A DNA stretch of 64,000 nucleotides from Vicinamibacterales bacterium (GTDB taxonomy: Bacteria; Acidobacteriota; Vicinamibacteria; Vicinamibacterales; JAMQPK01). The DNA lies in assembly GCA_963762055.1 (NCBI GenBank), contig CAVXJF010000017.1, positions 528,149 through 592,148 on the forward strand. Reading direction: 5' to 3'. The position numbers and the translations under genes are program-made. Position 1 is the stretch's first letter. Each line of letters begins with the position of its first letter. Of this stretch, positions 8,985 to 17,153 are shown one piece after another. The notes under the pieces were generated by a model. The model did no database searches. It saw only the letters and a list, made by a program, of their open reading frames with translations, and was not told the DNA's origin.

Positions 8985-10542
8985 ATGGGAGAACTGGAGC
9001 AGCTTCTCGTCTTGTTCGTGGCAGCGGTGGCACTCGCGGCTGCGGCACGCCGCGTAGGGGCGCCGTATCCGGTATTTCTCGCCATCGGCGGGGCGCTGCT
9101 CGCGTTCCTTCCCGACGCGCCGTCGCCGACGTTCCCGCCCGAGCTCATGCTGGCGCTGTTCGTCGCGCCAATGCTTCTCGACGCCGCCTACGACGCATCC
9201 TTGCGCGATCTTCGTGACAACTGGGCGCCGGTGACCAGCCTGGTCGTGTTCGCCGTCGGACTGACGACCGCTGCGGTTGCATTCGTCGCTCACTCGCTGA
9301 TTCCGGCGATGCCGTGGGCAGCCGCGATCGCGCTTGGCGCCATCGTCGCCCCGCCAGATGCGGTCGCCGCGACGGCCGTGCTCCGGCCTCTGCGGCCGCC
9401 GCATCGGATCCTGACGATCCTGGAAGGCGAAAGCCTTCTCAACGACGCGACTTCGCTCCTGATCTACCGTCTGGCGGTGGGCACTGTTGCGGCAAACGCA
9501 TTCTCTGCCGGAGAGGTCGTCCCGACCTTCCTGCTGGCGGTCGCAGGCAGCCTTGTCGTCGGTCCAACGCTCGGCTGGCTCGCGCTGCAGATCTTCGATC
9601 GCGCGCAGCACGTCCCGACGGCGATCATTCTGCAGTTCGTGACCACGTTCGGCGTGTGGATCCTCGCGGAACACATCGGCCTGTCCGGTGTGTTGACGAT
9701 GGTTTGTTATGCGGTCACGGTGGCGCGCAAAGCGCCAGAGAAGATACCTGCTCAAACGCGCATCCCCGCGTATGCGGTCTGGGAAACGGTGGTCTTCGCG
9801 TTGAACGTCCTCGCCTTCATCTTCATCGGCCTGCAGATCCGGCCGATCCTCGACGGTCTGGAGCCAGGCGAAGCGAGAGCGCTATTTCCTCGTTGCCATC
9901 GCTGTCCTGATAACGGTCATCGCCGTCCGGTTTGCCTGGCATATGTCATTCAATGCCGTGATCAGATGGCGAGACCGCCGCTTCGGATTTCATCCGCCGC
10001 GGCCGATGCTACGGCCCACCGTCGGGAGCGGGCTGGTCATTTCCTGGGCCGGCATGCGCGGTATCGTTTCGTTGGCGGCCGCGATGGCATTGCCGCTGAG
10101 CTTTCCATTCCGCGAACTCATCCTCCTGACGGCGTTCTCGGTCGTGCTCGGCACGCTCGTCCTCCAGGGTCTGACTCTCAAGGTGCTCTTGCGCGCGCTC
10201 GATCTCCGCGACGACGACCCTGTGGGCCACGAGGTGCGCACGGCGCGAGAGCGTGCGCTGCACGCGGGGCTGGCGAGCTTTGCCGGCGACGAATCCGCGC
10301 TTGCGCGAGCGGTCAGAGAAGAGTTCACCGCGCACCTGGCGGTGGAGGAAGCCGAAGCCGACGCCGCTGTTTCGGCCCGGTCGGCTCACAACGATCTCCA
10401 TCACGCCGCGCTCCGCGCGGCGCGGCGAGAAGTCCTCGCGATGCGCGCGAACGACGAAATCGGCGACGACGCGTTTCACGAAATAGAAGAAGAGCTCGAC
10501 TGGCTGGAGATGGCGGATGGAAGAAAGGACGATGCCCCGTAA
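8985..10542 (+). pseudogene. Na+/H+ antiporter, CPA1/NhaP type, frameshifted as assembled
   Basis: N-part (frame of 8985) contains LEGESLLNDATSLLIYR. C-part (ORF 9943..10542) contains ISWAGMRGIVSLAAAMALP plus a cytoplasmic tail. The frames join at about 9866-9885. Confidence 0.8.
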
Positions 10543-10609
10543 CGAACGTTCTCACCCCGCGTCAGCATCGAACCCTTTCGTCTTACAATTCCAGCGAAAG
10601 GAGGATCTC

Positions 10610-11451
10610 ATGCGACGTGCGGCCGCGCCACTGCTCCTGGCGCTCGCGATCGTCAGTTCGCTGTTGGCGCAATCGGTTCCGACGCCTGGACCGACAACGC
10701 GGTATTCGCGGCTGTACGTGTTTGGCGACAGTTATTCGGACATCGGCGCCGGGTACATTGACGGCAACGGTCCAACGGCGGTTGCGTATCTCGGCTGGCT
10801 GATGGGCCTGCAGGTTGCATCGAGCAAGACGGCCAGCGCGGCTGGAAAGAGCCTGGTGTTCGCCGTGAGCGGCGCGGGTACCGGTGAAGGTACGGGACGC
10901 CAGGTGAAAGACGCGCTGCTCGGCTACGGGATGATGAATCAGGTGCGCGACTTCGCGGCGCGCGTGAAGGCCGGCGAGATGACGTTCGACCCGCAGACGA
11001 CGCTCTTTTTCTTGCCGGCGGACTCAACGATGGACGGCGGGACACCGCGTTCACGCTCGCCAATCTCCGGCAGGAGCTCCAGATGCTTCGTGAGCTCGGC
11101 GGGCGGCACTTCACGATTGCGCTACTGCCGACGAAGATCCCGCAGTTCGCGGCCGTGGGGCTTCGACTGAATCCCGCCTACGAACAATTCGTCCGTGAAG
11201 AGGCCAGCGCCACCGGCGTCGATCTGTGGCTGAACCGCTGGGGACCCGCGTTCGACGAAGTGATGGAGCATCCTGCGGCGCACGGCATCGTCAACACGAC
11301 GAGCGCATGCGCTGGGCGGACGATCTTCGATCAGGATCCAACACCGGTTGGCGATCCCTCGACGTACTTCTTCTATCACGAGGGTCATCCCTCGACGGTG
11401 GTGCATCGAATCGTCGGCAAGAAGCTGTTCGAAGAAATTGCCGCTCGCTAA
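10610..11451 (+). pseudogene. secreted SGNH/GDSL hydrolase, frameshifted as assembled
   Basis: AAGGAGG RBS before the ATG at 10610, a signal peptide, and block I YVFGDSYSDIG. The downstream frame reads LAGGLNDG...FFYHEGHPS. The switch is at the T5 run 11006-11010. Confidence 0.75.
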
Positions 11452-11459
11452 GACCTTCC

Positions 11460-12104
11460 TCACATCGGCAATGTGGAGCTGTCGGGCGACAGTACTCGAA
11501 AGACGATCGAGACCGGGCCAAGGCCCAATTCGTCGCCATCCCTGAGCGTAGTACGGCTGCTGATTCGCTCGCCGCGCACGTAGGTTCCATTCTGACTGTT
11601 CAAGTCTTCGAGAGTAACACCCGCGCCGTCGACGATGATGCGCGCGTGACGCCGGGACACTCCGGGCACATCAAAGCGGACATGCGCGTCTGCTGCCCTG
11701 CCCAATAGCGTCTCCCCTTCTGCGAGCCCGATGCTCTTGTCTCCCCAGATCAACCATCCGCTGCTGAGCGGCGCTTCAGAAGGCTTCGCGTTTTCTCCTG
11801 TGACGACAGCCGCGCAGAACGCGTAGCCAAACCGGCGGACCGTTCTCACATATTCCGGCTGCTCCGCATTGTCGGCGAGGACTTCACGAATCTCCGCGAC
11901 GAGGATCGTCAGGCTGCCGTCAGAGACAAACGTGTTCGGCCAGAGATGCTGGTGCAGCTCCGCCTTCGAGAAAGCCTTCTCGTGATGCTCGGCGAGCAAC
12001 CTCAATAGCTCGAAGGCTTTCGGCGACAGCGACACCGGATTGCCGCGTCGCGTCAGCAAGCGGCGATCGGCGTCGAGCGTCCAGGGTCCGAATGTCATCC
12101 GCAT
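11460..12104 (-). CDS. OmpR/PhoB-type winged-helix DNA-binding domain fused to a C-terminal FHA domain
   Basis: N-terminus: LSPKAFELLRLLAEHHEKAFSKAEL...VRTVRRFGYAF (trans_reg_C-like). C-terminus: LLGRAADAHVRFDVPGVSRRHARI...LEDLNSQNGTYV (FHA). Confidence 0.75.
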   Translation of the reverse strand: MRMTFGPWTLDADRRLLTRRGNPVSLSPKAFELLRLLAEHHEKAFSKAELHQHLWPNTFVSDGSLTILVAEIREVLADNAEQPEYVRTVRRFGYAFCAAVVTGENAKPSEAPLSSGWLIWGDKSIGLAEGETLLGRAADAHVRFDVPGVSRRHARIIVDGAGVTLEDLNSQNGTYVRGERISSRTTLRDGDELGLGPVSIVFRVLSPDSSTLPM

Positions 12105-12168
12105 ATTGCTGAAAATTGAGCGAATCCTAATCGCTCCCTAACGACAGCACGACCGGCGCCATCTTTCA

Positions 12169-12750
12169 ATGGATCCACCAATGAAGTGGTGGATGGTCGC
12201 AGCCGTTGTGGCGATGAGCGTCAGCGTAGCGGATGCTGGTGAATCCGGGCAACCCCTGCCGATCGACCTGCAGATGGTGAATCACGCGCGCGTTCCACCC
12301 GATGTCATGGAGAGAGCGCTTCATGAAGTGACACGCATCTACGCCGATGCGGGTCTGACGGTGCGGTGGATCGATACAGCTTGCCTCCCCGAGGCCGCGG
12401 AGCAGCGAAGGCCGGCCCCGCGATTCACAGTGCACATCGTGATGCACGCCCTCGGATACGGGCGGGCAGGTTCACAGGTGATGGGCGTCGCATTACGCAG
12501 GCCTGGCGGTTCCATGGCCCAGGTGTTCTTGAAACAAGTCCAGGACTTTGCACGTATATTTCGTGTCGATGTCAGCACCCTGCTCGCGCATGTGATCGCG
12601 CACGAAGTGGGCCACCTTCTTCTCGGGACCCCGCATTCGCCAACGGGTCTGATGCAGGCAGGATGGGACAAGGCGCTGTTACATGATGCAACCACGGGCG
12701 CGCTGACTTTCACCGCCGCACAAGCGGAGAGGATTCGAGCTTCCCGCTGA
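12169..12750 (+). CDS. secreted hypothetical protein with an HExxH motif
   Basis: Signal peptide WWMVAAVVAMSVSVADA. Motif LLAHVIAHEVGHLLLGTPHSPTGLM. Confidence 0.5.
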   Translation: MDPPMKWWMVAAVVAMSVSVADAGESGQPLPIDLQMVNHARVPPDVMERALHEVTRIYADAGLTVRWIDTACLPEAAEQRRPAPRFTVHIVMHALGYGRAGSQVMGVALRRPGGSMAQVFLKQVQDFARIFRVDVSTLLAHVIAHEVGHLLLGTPHSPTGLMQAGWDKALLHDATTGALTFTAAQAERIRASR

Positions 12751-12759
12751 TTCGGGTGC

Positions 12760-12794
12760 AACCTCCGTCCTCCCGTATCCGTCTAACCTCCGTC
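12760..12794 (+). promoter_or_regulatory. pair of 10-bp direct repeats AACCTCCGTC just upstream of the kinase start
   Basis: Exact copies at 12760-12769 and 12785-12794, 25 bp apart start to start. The second ends 4 nt before the ATG at 12799. Confidence 0.2.
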
Positions 12795-12798
12795 ACCA

Positions 12799-14688
12799 AT
12801 GTCCCTAATGACGGCGCTACGGACCGGCGACAGGGTCAGCGCGTATGAAATCGTCGGCCTGCTTGGCCACGGCGCGATGGGCGAGGTCTATCGGGCGCGC
12901 GACACTCGCCTGGGACGGGAGGTCGCCGTCAAGGTGCTCCCGGTCGCGTTCGCCACCGATCCGGATCGTCTCGCCCGCCTCGAACGGGAAGCGCGGCTCA
13001 TCTCGCAGGTCAATCATCCGAACATCTGCACACTTTATGACATCGTCGAAAGCGAAAACGCGCCGTTCCTGATTTTCGAGCTCGTCGAAGGCGAGACGCT
13101 CCAGCAACGGCTTCTCAGGGGCCCGATGCCGGTGAGCGACGCGTTGCGCTATGCCTCGGGCATTGCGGCGGCGCTCCAGGCCGCTCACAGCAAAGGGATC
13201 GTTCATCGTGATTTGAAGCCATCGAACATCAAGACGACCGCCGGCGGCGACATAAAGGTGCTCGACTTCGGCGTGGCAAGGCTGGCACGCGGGTCCGACT
13301 TCGAGCCCGACGGTTCAGATCTCACGATTACCCTTGGCGGCACAAAAGAGGGGGCACTGGTCGGCACAGTTGCCTATGTGAGCCCTGAGCAGGCGATGGG
13401 CGACCACGTTGATGCAAGAAGCGACATCTGGGCGTTTGGCTGTCTGTTGTACGAAATGTTGACGGCCAAGCGTGCGTTTCCCGGTGTGGCGGTGGCAGAT
13501 ACGCTCGCCGCCGTCATGCGCGGAGAACCAGACTGGGCGGCGTTGCCCGGCGCAACGCCATCCGCGGTTCGGACGCTGCTGCGCCGATGCCTCGAAAAAG
13601 ATCGCGGGCGGCGGCTGGCGAACATCGCCGACGCACGTCTCGAAATCGATGACGTGCTGGCCGGACGCGCAAACATTGCCGGTCCATCGAAGCCTCGCTG
13701 GGGTCGTTTGATTGTCGCGCTGGCATTCCTTGGCGGCATCGTGTTCGCGAGCCTGATGGCGCGTATCGCGACCGATCGGCAGGGCGAGGCGGACCGCCCT
13801 GTTGTCGATGCGGCCACTCGTGCCATCGATATCGCTCCACCTGTGTCTCGCGTGCCGGCGTTCATCAGTCTGCCGCCGGGTGTGAGATGGGCTCAAGCCG
13901 TCGACGATGGCGTGCCGAACACCATCCTCGCGATCTCGCCAGACGGCCGCCGCGTCGTCTTCAGCGGGCGCACGGAAGACGGAACGGCGCTCTGGCTTCG
14001 CTCGCTCGCGGTCGATGACGCCAGGCAATTGCCCGGCACTGAGGATGGTGTCTCACCGTTCTGGTCGCCAGATGGTGCTTCGATTGGATTTTTTGCCGAT
14101 CGAAAATTGAAACGGCTCGACGTCGATCGATCCGGCGTGCCGACGGCATTATGCGAGGTTCGGAGCCAGCGCGGCGGCACGTGGGGGCCCGACAACACGA
14201 TCGTGTTTTCGCCGTTCTCCGGCCCGCTCCGGCGTATTTCCGCGAACGGCGGTCCGGTCATGGCCCTCCCCGATCCGGAGGAGGACGAAGCTGCCCAGGT
14301 GCGGCCATATTTCCTTGCCGGCACCAGACAGATCATCTATCGCGTCACCTCTCGAAACGGCCGGAACAACTCGTATTACGTCACCTCGCTGGATTCGACC
14401 GACAGAACACTCATCGGGACGTTTGATTCCGGCAGCGTCACCTATTCTCACGGTCATCTGCTCTTCATGCAGAACCACACCTTGATGGCGCAACCATTCG
14501 ATCACAACAGGCTGACGATCACTGGAGCTCCACGCCCACTCGCAAATGGCGTCCTCCTGTCGCCCGGGTCTATGCCTGTATTCGGTGTGTTCTCGGTGTC
14601 GCAGGCTGGCAGGCTGGTGTACTTGTCCGAGGGAGGCAATTACAACGACGCGATGACGGTCATGGCCGATTGGTCACGCGCCCGCTAG
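12799..14688 (+). CDS. Ser/Thr protein kinase with one TM and a periplasmic TolB-like beta-propeller
   Basis: GHGAMGEVYRA, VAVKVL, HRDLKPSNIK, DFG and SPEQ kinase subdomains. TM is LIVALAFLGGIVFASLMARI. WSPDG-type repeats follow. Confidence 0.9.
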   Translation: MSLMTALRTGDRVSAYEIVGLLGHGAMGEVYRARDTRLGREVAVKVLPVAFATDPDRLARLEREARLISQVNHPNICTLYDIVESENAPFLIFELVEGETLQQRLLRGPMPVSDALRYASGIAAALQAAHSKGIVHRDLKPSNIKTTAGGDIKVLDFGVARLARGSDFEPDGSDLTITLGGTKEGALVGTVAYVSPEQAMGDHVDARSDIWAFGCLLYEMLTAKRAFPGVAVADTLAAVMRGEPDWAALPGATPSAVRTLLRRCLEKDRGRRLANIADARLEIDDVLAGRANIAGPSKPRWGRLIVALAFLGGIVFASLMARIATDRQGEADRPVVDAATRAIDIAPPVSRVPAFISLPPGVRWAQAVDDGVPNTILAISPDGRRVVFSGRTEDGTALWLRSLAVDDARQLPGTEDGVSPFWSPDGASIGFFADRKLKRLDVDRSGVPTALCEVRSQRGGTWGPDNTIVFSPFSGPLRRISANGGPVMALPDPEEDEAAQVRPYFLAGTRQIIYRVTSRNGRNNSYYVTSLDSTDRTLIGTFDSGSVTYSHGHLLFMQNHTLMAQPFDHNRLTITGAPRPLANGVLLSPGSMPVFGVFSVSQAGRLVYLSEGGNYNDAMTVMADWSRAR

Positions 14689-15119
14689 CCGATCCAGTAA
14701 CGCGGCCCCGCGCCCCGGCGTGCTGCGCGGTCTCCCGGATTCGCGAACTGACAACGATCGAGCGAAAGGCAGCCGCATCCGATACATTCGCTGAGACTCG
14801 ACTTCATCCGTTGCAGCTCTGCGATGCGTTGATCGATCCGCGACGTCCAGCTTCTGGACAGCTTCGCCCAGTCTGCGCGCTCCGGCGCACGATTGCGGGG
14901 CAGCCGGGCAAGTTCCGCGCGGATCTCCTCGAGCGATAACCCCACCTTCTGGGCGAACACGATGAACGCCACACAGCGAAGGACACTCCTGGGAAATCTG
15001 CGGTGTCCGGAATCGTTCCGCAAAGCCACGATCAGCCCCTGCTCTTCATAGAACCGCAGCGCCGACGTCGCGACCCCGCTGCGCGCCGCCACTTGGCCGA
15101 TGGTCAATGGTTCATCCAT
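14685..15119 (-). CDS. soxR: redox-sensitive MerR-family activator SoxR
   Basis: MerR HTH (LTIGQVAARSGVATSALRFYE) plus the SoxR [2Fe-2S] motif CIGCGCLSLDRC. Confidence 0.85.
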   Translation of the reverse strand: MDEPLTIGQVAARSGVATSALRFYEEQGLIVALRNDSGHRRFPRSVLRCVAFIVFAQKVGLSLEEIRAELARLPRNRAPERADWAKLSRSWTSRIDQRIAELQRMKSSLSECIGCGCLSLDRCQFANPGDRAARRGAGPRYWIG

Positions 15120-15147
15120 GACCTGAGTGTGCGTGAACTTCCCCTTG

Positions 15148-15167
15148 ACTTCAAGTGCACTTGAAGT
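15148..15167. promoter_or_regulatory. SoxR-box operator inside the divergent soxR/SDR promoter
   Basis: Perfect 20-bp palindrome ACTTCAAGTGCACTTGAAGT. It overlaps a TTGACT -35 hexamer (15145-15150) and lies between soxR (-) and the SDR gene (+). Confidence 0.7.
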
Positions 15168-15181
15168 TCGACGCTTGAGTC

Positions 15182-15919
15182 ATGACGCAAATGACAAACC
15201 CGACTCGAATCGCTCTCGTAACAGGCGCCAGCCGCGGGCTGGGGCTGGTGATCTCCCGTGTTCTCGCCGGGCTGGGCTACGGGCTGGTGATCGGAGGCCG
15301 CGATCGCAAAGCCCTCGCTGACGCCGAGGCGCAGTTGTCGCATGACGCGCCTGCCGTCGTCACGGTTGCAGGTGACATCACCGATGCGGCGGTGCGCGCG
15401 GACATGATCGACGCAGCTCGTCGCATGGGTGGCTTGAACGTGCTGATCAACAACGCGTCGGAACTCGGAAGCATCGGCCCGCTCCTGACGTTCGATGTCC
15501 CGCGCTTCGGTCGCTTGTTCCCGGTGAATGTCGGAGCGCCACTGGTGCTGATCCAGCTGGCAACGCCACTACTGGCCGACCGCGGAGGCCTGATCGTCAA
15601 CATCACGAGCGACGCCGCGACAGGAGCATATCCAGGGTGGGGCCCGTATGGCGCGACGAAGGCCGCATTGGAGCTGCTGACTCGCACACTCGATGCCGAA
15701 CTGCACGACAAGGGAGTGTCGGCAGTTCTCGTCGATCCCGGAGACATGCAGACCCGCATGCATCAGGAGGCCTATCCGGATCAGGACATCTCGGATCGGC
15801 CGTTGCCAGATGTCACCATGCCGTTCTGGACCTGGTTGTTCCGGCAGGACTTCAAGGATATCCACGGACAACGATTCACTGCCCAACAGGAGGACGCGCG
15901 ATGGCTGCAGCGGGTGTGA
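15182..15919 (+). CDS. short-chain dehydrogenase/reductase (SDR), probable SoxR target
   Basis: TGASRGLG cofactor motif, NNAS, and a Y...K catalytic pair (YGATKAAL). Confidence 0.85.
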   Translation: MTQMTNPTRIALVTGASRGLGLVISRVLAGLGYGLVIGGRDRKALADAEAQLSHDAPAVVTVAGDITDAAVRADMIDAARRMGGLNVLINNASELGSIGPLLTFDVPRFGRLFPVNVGAPLVLIQLATPLLADRGGLIVNITSDAATGAYPGWGPYGATKAALELLTRTLDAELHDKGVSAVLVDPGDMQTRMHQEAYPDQDISDRPLPDVTMPFWTWLFRQDFKDIHGQRFTAQQEDARWLQRV

Positions 15920-16990
15920 TCGACGCGTTCACACTGCCGGCTCATCTCGAGGCGGCCGAGCCGCCGGAGGCGCGCGGCCTCGAGCGGGACGATGTGCGGC
16001 TGCTGGTGTCGAGTATTGCCACCGACGCCATTCATCACTCGCGCTTCAGCAAATTGCCGCGATGGCTTTCGCCCGGCGACCTCCTGGTCGTCAACACCAG
16101 CGGAACATTGAAGGCGGCTCTCGACGCGCGGACTGAATCCGGGGACGCAATCGAGGTTCACCTTTCGACGCACATGCCGGGAAATTTCTGGGTGGTTGAG
16201 GTACGCCGCCACGGACCCACGGGCACGTCCGCTGATCACGATGTGCGCGCAGGAAGCAGGTTGGAGCTGGATCACGGAGGCGGCATCAACCTGCTTGCGC
16301 CTTACCCGTTTGCCTCGCTGGCCAGGCAGATCGCGCTTATGGCTGGCGGTGCTGCAGCTACCCGAGCCGGTGCTGGCATATCTCGAGCGGTTTGGAAAAC
16401 CGATTCGCTACAAATACGTTCCGGCATCGTGGCCGTCTTCCATGTACCAGACCGTTTTCGCCACCGAGCCTGGCAGCGCCGAGATGCCCTCCGCCGGACG
16501 ACCGTTTACCCACATGCTCGTAACGCGACTCATCGCTCACGGAGTGCAGATCGCACCGTTGCTGCTCCATACAGGCGTGGCGAGCCTGGAGCAGCATGAG
16601 CCGCCCTACGAGGAGTACTTTCGCGTGACGCCCGAGACGGCGGAGCGTGTCAATGCAGCCAGGCGCGGCGGACATCGCATCGTCGCCGTCGGCACGACAG
16701 TCGTACGTGCGCTCGAGACTGTGACCGACGATCGCGGGACGACGTCACCAGGCGAGGGTTGGACAAATCTCGTGATCACTCGTGAGCGTCCGCTGCGAGC
16801 GGTGACCGGCATGATCACGGGGCTGCACGAACCGCGCGCCACGCATCTGGAGATGGTGAAGCAGGTGATCGTCGCGGCCGGCGGCGATGCGCCTTCTGCT
16901 CACCTCGATCGCGCGTATCGTGAAGCCATCGAGGCGCGATACCTGTGGCACGAGTTCGGTGATTCACATCTCATTGTTGGTGGCAGGTGA
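15901..16990 (+). pseudogene. queA: S-adenosylmethionine:tRNA ribosyltransferase-isomerase, frameshifted as assembled
   Basis: N-part: HHSRFSKLPRWLSPGDLLVVNTSG. C-part (frame of 16196): YQTVFA...GSAEMPSAGRPFT...VAVGTTVVRALE...GLHEPRATHL. Junction at about 16320-16335. Confidence 0.8.
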
Positions 16991-17153
16991 TGGTTCCTGA
17001 CTGGAGCGGGCGAATGTCGTGGCTCCGCCGATGCTGTTTGCCATTGGCGCTCATGCTATGACAGCGCGCCGAACGCAGCAAGGTTTCGCCGCATCGGTGC
17101 AGCAAGCGCTGTATGCTGGCGGTTGCGAACGCGAGCGTCAGACGAGCCACGAC

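Noticed and set aside
12119-12137. 6-bp inverted repeat GAGCGA-N7-TCGCTC in the divergent region between the FHA regulator and the HExxH gene
   Set aside because: It is too short to distinguish from chance. It is mentioned only as a possible operator to include in binding assays.
17040-17075. TGGCGC...GCTAT resembling a sigma-54 -24/-12 element upstream of the nitrate module
   Set aside because: The GG-to-GC spacing is about 9 nt rather than the canonical 12 or so, so it does not fit.
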